Notes under the pieces: model-generated | Told to the model about the DNA's origin: nothing | The model's database searches: none | The model's input: only the letters and a program-made list of their open reading frames with translations | Part shown: positions 24,558 to 36,579 of the stretch, piece after piece | How the letters are laid out: the number at the start of each line of letters is the position of its first letter | Numbering within the stretch: the first letter of the stretch is position 1 | From: Chiloscyllium plagiosum | Taxonomy: Eukaryota | Reading direction: 5' to 3' | Assembly (NCBI RefSeq): GCF_004010195.1 | Contig: NC_057720.1 | Coordinates: 1,137,700-1,178,936 of the forward strand | Length of the DNA stretch: 41,237 bases | Translations under genes and position numbers: made by a program

Positions 24558-27130
24558 TACCAGGAGTAGGCCATTTAGCCCCTCTAGCCTGTTCCACCAT
24601 TCAATGAGATGATGGATGATCTGCAGCCTAACTCCATATACCTGTCTTTGGCCCAAATCCCTTAATACTTTTGCTTAACAAAAATGTATCTGTCTCAGAT
24701 TTAAAATGAACAAACATCACTATTAATCCAGCAATCACTGGTGTTTGAGGAATAGAGTTCCAAACATCTCCCACCCTGTGTGTGTAAAAGTGCTTCCTAA
24801 CATCTCTCCCCAACACTCTGGCCCTAATTCTCAGACTATGCCTCCTGGTTACAGAGTCATTGAGATGCACAGCATGCAATCAGACCCTTAAGTGCAACTT
24901 GTCTAAACCAATATTCTACATTAATCTAGTCCCATTTACCAGCATTTGGCTCATATCCCTCTAGACCCTTCCTATTCATATACCCATCCAGATGCCTTTT
25001 AAATACTGTAATTTTACCAGCCTCCACCACTTCCTCTGGCAGCTCATTCCATACACGTTGCATACGCCATCTGCAAAAAAAAGTTACCCCTTAGGTCCCT
25101 TTTACATCCTTCTTCTCTCACCCTAAACCTATGCCCTCTAGATTGGATTCCCCTACCAGGGGAAAAGACTTTGGCTATTTACCCTCATGATTTTATAAAC
25201 CTCTATAAGGTCACCCCTCAGCCTCCGACGCTCCAGGGAAAACAGCCCCAGCCTATTCAGCCTCTCCCTGTAGCTCAGATCCTCCAACCCTGGCAACATC
25301 CTTGTAAATCTTTTCTGAACCCTTTCAAGTTTCACATGAAACTTTCTACACCAAGGAGACTAGAATTGCACACAATATTCCAACAGTGGCCCCTAACCAA
25401 TGTCCTGTACAGCCGCAACATGACCTCCCAACCCCTGTACTCAATACTCTGACCAATAAAGGAAAGCATACCAAACGCCTTCTTCACTATCCTATCTACC
25501 TGTGACTCCACTTTCAAGGAACTATGCACTCCAAGGTCTCTTTGTTCAGCAACACTCCCCAGGAATTATATTAAGAATATAAATCCTGCTCTGATTTGCT
25601 TTTCTAAAATACAGCCCCTCACATTTATCTGAATTAAACTCCATCTGCTACTCCTCAGCCCATTGGCCCATCTGGTCAAGATCCTGTTGTAATGTGAGGT
25701 AACCTTCTTTGCTCTTCACTACACCTCCAATTTTGGTGTCATCTGCAAACTTACTAACTGTACCTCCTATGTTCGCATCCAAATCATTTATCTGGAATCA
25801 CCAATCAGTGGAAGTAGATTATCTTTACCAACCTTGTCTTTTCCTGTTGATACCTTGAAGACTTCAATCAGATCCCCACATAACCTTCTAAACTCAAGAG
25901 AAAGCAGGTCTAATTTGTGTAATCTCTCCTTGTAATCTAACCTCTGAAGTTCAGATATCATTCTTGGCCACCTATGTTGTACTCCCTCCAAGACGAATCT
26001 ATCCTTCCTAAGGTGTGCTGCCCAGATCTGCTCACAATACTCCAACTGGGGTCTAGCCAGGGTTCTGTATAACTGCAGCATAACATCTGCATCCTGTACT
26101 CCAGTCCCTAAGATAGAAAGGCCAGCATTCCATTAACTTTCTTGATTATTTTCTGTACATGTTTGTGACATTTTAAAGATCCATGCCCCTGAACCCTCAA
26201 TGTCTGTTTGGGCAGCCACTGTATTTAACTTCACATCATCTAGAAAGTTCCCTGACCTCTCCTTTTTCAGTCCAACATGGATAATCTCACACTTGCTTAC
26301 ACTGAACTCTGTTCACCTCAGTTTTGCCCATTCATCTAATCTATCAACACCCCTTTGTAATTTCATGCTATCATCTACACTGGCTGCAGTGCTGCCTAAC
26401 TTTGTATTGTCAGCACATTTGGATGTATAATTTTCTGTGTTATTCTCCAAGTCATGAATAAATAATGTGAATAACTGAGGCTCTACTACAGACCCATGTG
26501 GGAGACCGCTGGTCACACCCCGCCAATGTGAGTACCTACCCATCATCCTTACTCTCCATTGCCTGTCATTCAACCAATTTCCCAGCTACGTCAGTAATTT
26601 AGCCTCAGTTCCATCGGTGTCTACTTAGTTAACATTCTCTTACGTGGAACTTTATCAACTGCCTTCTGGAAGTCCACATTAATGGCATCCATAGCCATTT
26701 CCCTGTTCACTACCTCTTCAAAAACATCCCATGAGATTTATCAGGCATGACTTATCTTTCTTGATGATAGACTTCCACAGTCATCCAACCACAGATGCTA
26801 ATGGGTCTATAATTCCCTCCTTCATCCTCCTTATCCTTCATGACGTGCAATTTTCCAACCCAGAGGGATGACTCCTATATTGAGGGAACTCTGATTATAG
26901 TTAGAGCATCTACAATCTCCTCCCTTTGTTCCTTTAACAGCCTCGGATGGAAACCATCAGGTCCTGAGGTTTTGTTATTCTTTAATTCTGTTAATTTTCT
27001 CATTACTGGTGTTTCATTTACATTAATTTTATTCAGTCCTTGTTCCTGATCCATTATTAATTTCCTCATGTCTTCCAGCAATCTATACTCCTTTTCTATT
27101 GGAAATACTGAAGAAAAGTAATAATTCATC
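24558..27130 (-). mobile_element. Nested CR1 LINEs: older copy (24558-24858 plus 25790-27130) interrupted by younger copy (about 24859-25790)
   Basis: Two 3' ends and two ORF2 C-termini on the minus strand; cctcctggtt | ctggaatcacc rejoin across the insert. Confidence 0.85.
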
Positions 27131-27145
27131 TGTCAACTCCCCATT

Positions 27146-27423
27146 GAAGTAACTGTAGAGATGCTGGTATCCCATCACCCAGTCACCCTTCACTTACATA
27201 TCCACAGGCTATGGCAGCCCAGCTTGGAATCTGACCCTGAACTGAGGAGATTCTGAATCCCCTGGTTATTTTTCTTTAACACTTCAAGCATTTGCCATGC
27301 CGACCTGTTTTGTATCGTTCCGAGTTTCAGCCAGGGCTCCCTGATTGGCCGAGGTTAACAATCACAATCAAGGATCTCATAATCAATGCGATCCACCTGA
27401 TTCCAATCCATATCCCCCCCTTT
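27146..27423 (-). mobile_element. Short LTR with adjacent polypurine tract
   Basis: Minus strand aaaggggggg tract, then CCAAT-containing ccaatcagggagccctggctg, ending ...gttacttca. Confidence 0.55.
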
Positions 27424-27429
27424 CAGTCG

Positions 27430-28560
27430 TTAGTGGGTCAGCGTTGCTCCTGACCACCCGCTGTCCCTTTATGTAACTTTAACATTTTTTCTTATTGATT
27501 TTGATGTCCTTGGTAAGTTTCCTTTCATAGTTCCTTTTAGTTGCTCCTATAAGCTGCATGGGGCCCTTTGCTGGTCTCTGTGTCTGTCCTATTCAGCAGG
27601 ATTTGTGCTGATCTTGTATTTTTGTAAGGCCCATCTTTTTTATACCATCCGCTAAAGTAGAATGTTTCCCTCTCGGGGATATAAACTGGTTCTGTTTTGT
27701 GTTAAATGTTCCTTTAAACAGCCTCTGCTGGTCTTCAGTTGTTTTATCCATGAGCAGAATTTCCCAGTTTACTGTGGACAGTCTCTGTCTCTTCTCATTA
27801 AAGTCGGCCTTACCTTAATCTAAAATTTCATGCTTTTTGCTTTCAAATGCCACATTGAATTCGATCATATTGTGATCACTGTTTGATAAATGTTCATGCA
27901 CAATCAGGTTACTAATTAAATACAGCTCATTACTCATTGCTAAATCCAATATTGCTTGTCCCCTTGTTGTGTCCAGAACATATTGCTGTGGGAAACTATC
28001 CATAAATTTCCTTTCTAATCTTTCTAACAGGAGTTCTCCAAAGCAATGTTAAAGTTAAAACCCCCCATTAATACTATTCTGGCCTTGTTACATATTTACA
28101 TTCCTGAAGAAGGGCTTATGCCCGAAACATCGATTCTCCTGCTCCTCGGATGCTGCCTGGCCTGCTGTGTTTTTCCAGCACCACATTTTTCAACTCTGGT
28201 CTCCAGCATCTACAGTCCTCACTTTCTCCTTGTTACATATTTACTTAAATTCTGCATTTATATAACCTGGCACTTCAGAGCTGCTCCCAGAACATCTATT
28301 ACAGTGTTAGACCCTTTGTTGTTCCTCAGTTCCACCCATATTGTTGCTGTTTATGTTTTCCCATCATTATATCCTCCCTCACCACTGAAGTGATTTTGTT
28401 TCTAATCAGTAAGGTGACTACACTCTCTCTCCCATTTTCCCTGCTCACCCTGTAGCCCCCTGATATATTTCGTTCCTAGTCCCACCCATCCTGCAGCCAC
28501 ATCTCAGTAATGGCTACTATATTATAATTTCCAATTTATGCATGGAGCTCATTTAATGTA
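27430..28560 (-). mobile_element. Degenerate CR1 ORF2 N-terminal (endonuclease) region
   Basis: TRGQAILDLAMSN...HLSNSDHNMIEF, the SDH motif of the APE endonuclease. Confidence 0.8.
28100..28230 (+). mobile_element. Monomeric Penelope-derived mini-element with target duplication
   Basis: Starts attcCTGAAGA...; ccttgttacatatttac is duplicated at 28083-28099 and 28228-28244. Confidence 0.85.
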
Positions 28561-28684
28561 TTCCTTACTCTCTGTGGTTTTGGATTTAGAATTTATATCT
28601 GGACCATACTCTCCAACCTGTTGCTCAGCCCTGATGTTTTATTCACCTGCTTATTATTATTCCCTTCTGGTTTATCAATACACA

Positions 28685-28984
28685 CGGCACGGTGGCACAG
28701 TGGTTAGCACTGCTGCCTCACAGCACTAGAGACCTGGGTTCAATTCCCGCCTCAGGCGACTGACTGTGTGGAGTTTGCACGTTCTCCCTGTGTCTGCGTG
28801 GGTTTCCTCCGGGTGCTCCGGTTTCCTCCCACAGTCCAAAGATGTGCAGGTCAGGTGAATTGGCCATACTAAATTGCCCGTAGTGTTAGGTTAGGGGTAT
28901 GGGTGGGTTGCACTTCGTCGGGTCGGTGTGGACTTGTTGGACCGAAGGTCCTGTTTCCACACTGTACTGTAATCTAATCTAATC
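28685..28984 (+). mobile_element. HE1-type SINE
   Basis: Highly similar to 35789-36109; tRNA-like head, (taatc)n tail. Confidence 0.92.
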
Positions 28985-29376
28985 CTGTCATTTTGCTATT
29001 ACCTACCGTACCTGAAGTAGGATTCCTGCCTGTTTCTTTACTCTCCAGCCTGTTACTTGCTTTTGAAACTGTATTGACTTTCCCCATCTCTCTCTCTCTC
29101 TCTCTCCCCCATTTACTAGTGTGACCACTCTACATAACGTTTCTGTGAGAACCCTGGGCCCAGATTAGTTGTTCCTGATAGATTGAGTGTTTACTGTCCT
29201 TTGGTCTAGCGTTATCATTTGATTCACAGAGAGCTACAAGCTACATAAGCCCAGAGCTGACACTGAACCATCGCTGTGGCTCTGCACCAGTCATACCTGC
29301 TGGCTACACACAAAGTGAATTCACAGAGATAAACTCAAACAAAGAATTACCACTAAACCTCTCTGTTCTCCGTCGG

Positions 29377-29506
29377 CAAAAGTGAGGACTGTAGATGCTG
29401 GAAATCAGAGTTTAGATTAGAGTGGTGCAGGAAAAGCACAGCAGGTCAGGCAGCATCTGAGGAGCAGGAAAATCGACGTTTCAGGCAAAAGCCCTTCCTC
29501 AGGAAT
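29377..29506 (-). mobile_element. Monomeric Penelope-derived mini-element
   Basis: Reverse complement begins attcCTGAGGA...; gtcgg flanks both sides (29372-29376, 29507-29511). Confidence 0.82.
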
Positions 29507-29903
29507 GTCGGTTGTCCATGCCAATGTGACACACGCGGCCCGATTTCATCACTTTCTTCCATTTTGGGAAACAACATGAATAAGATATTGTCTCCAGTTT
29601 TTTAGCCAGAGCCATCCACCTTCTGTTTGTCCTCTCACATTTTTCTCTCCTGTTAAATCAGCGTGGCCACGACGTTTTAAGCTTGTTTGAATTGCATTCA
29701 CCCCAGTGTTGCTTTTACCAGCTTTCTAACCAGATACTCATTTTTGACAGAGAAAACTTTCATTCCTAAAACCAGAAGTTATATTCTGAACAAGCAAATT
29801 ATGAGCTGGATATTTGCAATATCACCAATGATTGAATTCAACAGTGAACTATCCTCAAGAGACACTGAAACCTCCCTCTGGGCAATCTGCAGTTTCTCCT
29901 GTT

Positions 29904-29909
29904 TTTATT
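29904..29909 (-). promoter_or_regulatory. Candidate polyadenylation signal (AATAAA) of the antisense gene
   Basis: tttatt on the + strand, about 130 nt downstream of the stop codon at 30040. Confidence 0.4.
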
Positions 29910-30039
29910 TAATATCCAAGATTTTAATAATACTGAGACTTTGCTTCATTGGCTGGAAAGTGCTTTGAGATGTCCTTGGCCATGAAAAGCACTTTGTAAA
30001 TACAAATCTTTCTTTCACCTTTGACCTTCATCCATCCAC

Positions 30040-32393
30040 TTATCGAATCTTCCGGCTGATAGTGTTGTTTGAGCCACTGCTTGGTCTCTCAGGAATGACC
30101 AATCGGATCTTCCTCCTCTGCTGGGCCTCAATGCCTGCTCCATCCAATGGTGCTGGGTTGTTTGTCGGTAACAGAGAGGATTCCCTGGGTCCCTGCTCCC
30201 TGATCATCGTCCCCTCATCGGGGTTCTTGTCGCTGAAAATGAGGACATTGGAGTCTTGCTCCTTACTGCCATTAGCTCCCCATGAAGTGGGTGAGGTACT
30301 GGTACCATGTTTGTTCTGACTCTCAGCCATGACATTCCCACCATGAACATGGTCTTGGATCCTGAGTCCAGTTGCTGTTGAGGAAGTTGTGAGTGATGGC
30401 GGCTGCTCTGTGGGATGTAGCTGCTGGTTTACCTCAGCTGCTGGCTTGGCTGCTCCAATCTCTGTTGACTCACCCTCACCGTGAGGCACAGCCTCCTCTG
30501 AAAAGACAGCAGCTGCTGGAGGGCCCTGTTCCTGGCCCAAGCCAGAAGCTGCTGCTGTGATTGATGTTGTGGACTTGCTTGGAGAATTATTATTCCCAGC
30601 TTTCCCCTGACCACCCATCTTATCCTCAGCCATTTCAACGGTACTCCATAGATTTCTGTGTGGACACTGCCCTTTGGCTGTTACATCCTGGTCCCTGCTC
30701 TGTCCACAGGGAGGCGGCTGATGGTCCTTTTCCCATCCAAAGGTTTCTGTGGTTTCTTGGCGTCGTGACGATGTGTTTGCCCCCTCATCTTCCGATGGCT
30801 TCATACCCAGAGCTTGGCCCTCGGGAGGAGCACCTGGTATCTCCACATCCTTGTGGTTTCTGTCCCTGCTGGGCCCCTGGAGTGGGCATGTGAGGGCATT
30901 GGGAGATATTAGCCTTCCCAATGTCTCTCTGTCCTCATTGTCCTCTATGGAAACCTGGAATACTGTAGAAGGAGGTCTATCTGAGGAGGAGGTTACCAAC
31001 CGTGGGGCCTTGTGCGTCTTTGCTGGGAGAGTCGTTTCTTGTTTGAGTGGTTTGTTTGGTGTCTGAACAGTCCCCACTGACCGGCCAGGTCGCTGTGCTC
31101 CAGGGGTTTTAGTGGACTGGGGACGTTTATGATTTTTGGTGTCTGTCACTGGGGGTACTGGTAACAAAACTCTTGAGGTTATTTCTAGACCAGGTATCAA
31201 ACTTTGACGACCTCCTTGGTCTCTGTCCTCCTTGCCAGGTCCTGTGGAGGGATGGGCTGGGCAGAATGCTTTCTGCTGAGATGGCATTAATGGGCATTGT
31301 TTTGGTGTCTTAGGTAATCGGGCTTGCTGTGAATCTACAGTAGTGCCTGTGCTTTGACAGACTGGAGCTTTTCTGGTGGAATTGCTCTTTTTGCAGGTCT
31401 CCTTCCATTCTGTTTTCTTTGTGGTCCTCTGCTTTTTCATCCTTAATAGTCCCTTCACCCTGGCAGCTTCATCTGGATGGACCTTTGCTAGTTTGGTAGG
31501 ATGCAGGATGAACTTTACCATCCATACATTCACTGATGGCCTATGTGAAACTGCTCTACTGGCCTTGCTATCTACAGAGAACAGTGTCATCCCCAGCCTT
31601 TTCCTGCTCTCGCTGCTTTGTACCTGAGATGGAAAGGACCTGAGCAAAGACTTCTCCTTCACTTTGGCCCTTCCACCTTTCACCAAATGCTTCAGGGTTA
31701 CAGCACCCCCTGCCCCACCCTCTTCTCTTTTGAACCCTGCTTCAGGATGATGTGTTAATTTCTGATCAGCAAAATCTGGTAAATCAAAAGTGACAGACTT
31801 CAGTCTCCGAGCTCTGTCACCTTTCCACACTGTCCCAAAAATCTCAATGTGGTCAATCAGGCGACTGTCTCTATAGTTCCTGCTTTCTGACTTGTCGGAG
31901 CTCTCCTCCTCCTTCCCAAATCGATCCTGATTGGCAAAGGTTCTCTTATGGTTTGCAAAGACCAAGAGATCACCAGGCAGCATCACGGTGACATTCCGTT
32001 CAGGAATTCCGATCAAAGGGTCACCTCTCGCCTTTGAGCCGACCTTGCTGTTGGCTGGTGTTGGGAGCCTGTTGCTGTGTTGGAGAAGTTGGTGACAGTT
32101 GTCATGGCGAGTGGACAGCTGGGCATTCTGAATTCTCTTGGTTGGGAAGGGGCTATGGTTGAGCTGGTGTGATGGCTGTGTTCCTGTGATAGCGGAGCGC
32201 TGGAATTGTATGTTGCTGAGAGTTGAACATGCATAGTGCTTGCTTTGTGACTGAAGGTGTGTGATGGCCCTGCTTTGTCGGTGATTCCTTGTTCCTGGAA
32301 CTGATTTAGAATGTCCCTTTCCCAGATGGCATCCCCTTATGGCAGCTTTCCATGGGTAGTTACTGTTTTCTGAATGCACACTTTGTGTGAAAC
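30040..32393 (-). CDS. LRRC53: Large terminal coding exon of nested antisense gene, probably LRRC53 (about 780 aa, low-complexity cytoplasmic tail)
   Basis: 2.35 kb stop-free, transposon-free frame; acceptor ccatctcttgcttgaacag|GT TTC ACA at 32393 (phase 1); TAA at 30042-30040; S/T/P/Q/K-rich; no transposon-protein motifs; syntenic position inside the TNNI3K intron. Confidence 0.82.
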
Positions 32394-32844
32394 CTGTTCA
32401 AGCAAGAGATGGAATCCATTACTGAAGTTGTCTCAAATCTTACAATTCCATTTCTGGCTTCCTCATTGGGGACCCACAGCAACAGCTTGACTTTATGTGA
32501 CAAGTTTAATGTAGCTAAACAGCCCAAGATATTTAGTAGGAGTGTAATCCTGAGTGTGAATAAACTCTTTCAGCTGTTCCACTGAATGAAGTTTGTGATA
32601 TAAAAGCAAGATTTTATTGTCATCTGACAGCATTTGTCACCAAGATGCCTACGGAGGTATTCAGGCAGGTGACTGAAATCGTAAGTTTGAGAGCTGAATT
32701 TTAGTGACTATTTTAAAAAGAGGATGATCAGGCTGAGAAATTTAGTGAGGAAATGCCAGTGTTCAGGGCCCAGACAGCTGACACTGTGATCACCAAAGGT
32801 GGAACATGAAATGCCTAACAAGTTCACAGATGTTCGCAGGTAAA

Positions 32845-35235
32845 GGGACGGCTGGAAAATGGGAAGCCTTCAAATATTAGATAACGAGAATCCAGAGAAA
32901 GTATATTCCTGTCAGGGTGAAAGGGAAGGCTGGTAGGTATAGGCAATGCTGGATGACTAAAGAAATTGAGGGTTTGGTTAAGAAAAAGAAGGAAGCATAT
33001 GTCAAGTATAGACAGGATAGATCGAGTGAATCCTTAGAAGAGTATAAAGGAAGTAGGAGTCCTCTTAAGAGGGAAATCAGGAGGGCAAAAAGAGGACATG
33101 AGATAGCTTTAGCAAATAAAATTAAGGAGAATCCAAAGGTTTTTACAAATACATTAAGGACAAAAGGGTAACTAGGGAGAGAATGGGGCCCTTCAAAGAT
33201 CAGCAAGGCGGCCTTTGTGTGGAGCTGCAAGATATGGGAGAGATACTCTGGGGTGGCACGGTGGCTCAGTGGTAAGCACTGCTGCTTGACAGTGCCAGGG
33301 ACTTGAGTTCGATTCCAGCCTCGGGTGACTGTCTGTGTGGAGTTTGCACATTCTCGTCATATCTGTATGGGTTTCTCCCACAGTCCAAAGATGTGCAGGT
33401 TAGGTAAATTGGTCACGCCAAATTGCCCGTAGAGTTAGAGGGAATGGGTCCGGGTGTGTTACTTTTTGGGGGGTCACTGTGGACTAGTTGGGCCAAAGGG
33501 CCTGTTTCCACACTGTAGGGAATCTAAGTGAGTATTTTGCATTAGTATTTACTGTGGAAAAGGACATGGAAGATATAGAATGTACGGAAATAGCTGGTGA
33601 CATCTTGAAAAATGTCCATATTACAGAGGAGGAAATGCTGGATATCTTGAAACGGTTAAAAGTGGATAAATCCCCAGGACCTGATCAGGTGTACCCTAGA
33701 ACTCTGTGGGAAGCTAGGGAAGTGAATGCTGGGCCTCTTATTGAGATATTTGTACCATCGATAGTCCAAGGTGAGGTGCTGCAAGACTAGAGGTTGGCTA
33801 ATGTGGTGCCACTGTTTAAGAAATGTGGTAAGGATAAGCCAGGGAACTATAGACCGGTGAGCCTGACATCGGTGGTGGGCAACTTGTTGGAGGGAATCCT
33901 GAGGGACAGGATGTACATGTATTTGGAAAGGCAAGGACTGATTAGGGATAGTCAACGTGGCTTTATGCGTGGGAAATCATGTTTCGCAAACTTGATTGAG
34001 TTTTATGAAAAAGTAACAAAGAGGATTGATGAGGACAGAGCGGTAGATGTGAGCTATATGGACTTCAGTAAGGCATTCGACAAGGTTCCCCCTGGGAGAC
34101 TGGTTAGCAAGGTTAGATCTCATGGAATACAGGGAGAACTAGCCATTTGGATACAGAACTGGCTCAAAGGTAGAAGACAGAGGGTGGTGGTGGAGGGTTG
34201 TTTTTCAGACTGGAGGCCTGTGACCAGTGGAGTGCCACGAGGATCGGTGCTGGGCCTCTACTTTTCATCACTTACATAAATGATTTGGATGTGAGCATAA
34301 GAGATACAGTTAGTAATCATGCAGATGACACCAAAATTGGAGGTGTCGTGGACAGCGAAGAAAGTTACCTCAGATTACAACAGGATCTGGACCAGATGGG
34401 CCAATGGGCTGAGGAGTGGCAGATGGAGTTTAATTTAGATAAATGCGAGGTGCTGCATTTTGGGAAAGCAAATCTTAGCAGAGCTTTTACTCATAATGGT
34501 AAGGTCTTAGGGAGTGTTGCTGAACAAAGAGACCTTGGAGTGCAGGTTCATAGCTCCTTGAAATTGGAGTTGCAGGTATTAGGATAGTGAAGAAGGTGTT
34601 TGGTATGCTTTCCTTTATTGGTCAGAGTATTGAGTACAGGAGTTGGGAGGTCATGTTGCGGCTGTACAGGACATTGGTTAGGCCACTGTTGGAATATTGT
34701 GTGCAATTCTGGTCTCCTTCCTATCGGAAAGATGTTGTGAAACTTGGAAAGGTTCAGAAAAGATTTACAAGGATGTTGCCAGGGTTGGAGGATTTGAGCT
34801 ACGGGGAGGGGTTGAATGGGCTGGGGCTGTTTTCCCTGGAGCATTCGAGGCTGAGGGGTGACATTATAGAGGTTTACAAAATCACGAGGGACATGGATAG
34901 GGTAAATAGACAATGTCTTTTCCCTGGGGTGGGGGAGTCCAGAACTAGAGGGCATAGGTTTAGGGTGAGAGGGGAAAGATATAAAAGAGACCTAAGGGGC
35001 AACTTTTTCACACAGAGGGTGGTACATGTATGGAATGATCTGCCAGAGGAAGTGGTAGAGGCTGGTACAATTGCAACATTTAAGAGGCATTTGGATGGGT
35101 ATATGAATAGGAAGGGTTTGGAGGGATATGGGCCGGGTGCTGGCAGGTGGGACTAGATTGGGTTGGGATATCTGGTCAACATGGACGGGTTGGACCGAAG
35201 GGTCTGTTTCCATGCTGTACATCTCTATGACTCTA
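32845..35235 (+). mobile_element. Relatively young CR1 (HER1-like) LINE, frameshifted ORF2 through 3' UTR, interrupted by a SINE
   Basis: Successive ORF fragments with NYRPVSLTS, DFSKAFD, ADDTK, YCVQFW; ctctatgactcta tail. Confidence 0.94.
33250..33526 (+). mobile_element. HE1-type SINE inserted in CR1
   Basis: SINE head and tail splitting gagatact | aagtgagtattttgc. Confidence 0.9.
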
Positions 35236-35788
35236 AGTTAGCAATAGAATGGAGAGGAGATTATTATACAGTCTGTCAAGCTCTGGTTGGAACCAATCTG
35301 AAGTAATTGTCTTATTTGAAGTAATTGTGTTATTTGAAAATGACAGTTCAGATTGAGAGAGTGATTGATTAGTTGGGCTTTATCAATAGGGGCATGGAGT
35401 GGAGGAGCAGGGAGGTGCTGGTAATCTAGTGTAAGACACTGTACAAGATGATTGTGTCCGGTTTTGGGCATGATGCTTTAGAAAGAACGAAATGGCTCTA
35501 GAAATGGTGCAGAAAGTTTCACAAGAATGAGGAACTTCAGTTACGTAGAACCTAGAACATAGATCATGACAGCGCAGTACGAACCATTTGGCCCTTGATG
35601 TTGCACCAACCTGTGGAACCAACCTGAAACCCCTCTAACCTACACCATTCCATCCTCATCCAGATGTTTATCCAATGACCATTTAAATGCCCTTAAAGTT
35701 GGTGAGTCTACTACTGTTGCAGGCAGGGCATTCCACACCCCTACTACTCTCTGAGTAAAGAAACTACCTCTGACATCTCTGACATTGT

Positions 35789-36109
35789 GGGCGGCACGGT
35801 GGCACAGTGGTTAGCACTGCTGCCTCACAGCGCCTGAGACCCGGGTTCAATTCCCGCCTCAGGCGACTGACTGTGTGGAGTTTGCACGTTCTCCCCGTGT
35901 CTGCGTGGGTTTCCTCCGGGTGCTCCGGTTTCCTCCCACAGTCCAAAGATGTGCAGGGTCAGGTGAATTGGCCATGCTAAATTGCCTGTAGTGTTAGGTA
36001 AGGGGTAAATGTAGGGGTATGGGTGGGTTTCGCTTCGGCGGGTCGGTGTGGACTTGTTGGGCCGAAGGGCCTGTTTCCACACTGTAATGTAATGTAATCT
36101 AATCTAATC
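35789..36109 (+). mobile_element. Full-length HE1-type SINE
   Basis: gggcggcacggtggcacagtggttagc head, gggttcaattccc B-box, (ctaat)n tail. Confidence 0.93.
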
Positions 36110-36323
36110 TGTCCTATATCTCTCACCCCTCAATTTAAATCTACGTCCCCTCGTGCTAGCCATCACCATCAGAGGGAAAAGGCTCTCCCTGTCCACCCTA
36201 TCTAAGCCTCTGATTATCTTATATGTCTCAATTAAGTCACCTCTCAACCTTCTCTCGAACGAAAACAGCCTCAAGTCCCTCAGCCTTTCCTCATAACACC
36301 TTCCCTCCATACCAGGCAACGTC

Positions 36324-36579
36324 CGAGTTGACTGTCTGTGTGGAGTTTGCACATTCTCCCCGTGTCTGCGTGGGTTTCCTCCGGGTGCTCCGGTTTCCTC
36401 CCACATTCCAAAAGATGTGTAGGTTAGGTGAATTGGCCATGCTAAATTGTCCCATAGTGTAAGGTGTATTAGTCAGGGGTAAATGTAGTTAAATGGGTCT
36501 GGGTGAGTTACTCTTTGGAGGGTTGGTGCGGACTTGTTGGGCCGAAGGGTCTGTTTCCACACTGTAGGGAACCTAACCT
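36324..36579 (+). mobile_element. 5'-truncated HE1-type SINE
   Basis: Begins at gactgtctgtgtggagtttgcac; same core and tail as the neighbouring copy. Confidence 0.9.

Noticed and set aside
30040..32379. 779-aa ORF as a standalone intronless gene or transposon ORF1
   Set aside because: The listed start is GTG just after a good splice acceptor, an in-phase upstream exon exists, and no transposon motifs or termini are present.
18706..35156. RT-containing ORFs as an active retroelement or a novel RT system
   Set aside because: All are fragments of truncated, frameshifted CR1 LINE copies with typical 3' tails.
35789..35860. tRNA genes (also 12588, 28685, 33250)
   Set aside because: These are tRNA-derived SINE heads continuing into SINE core and tail.
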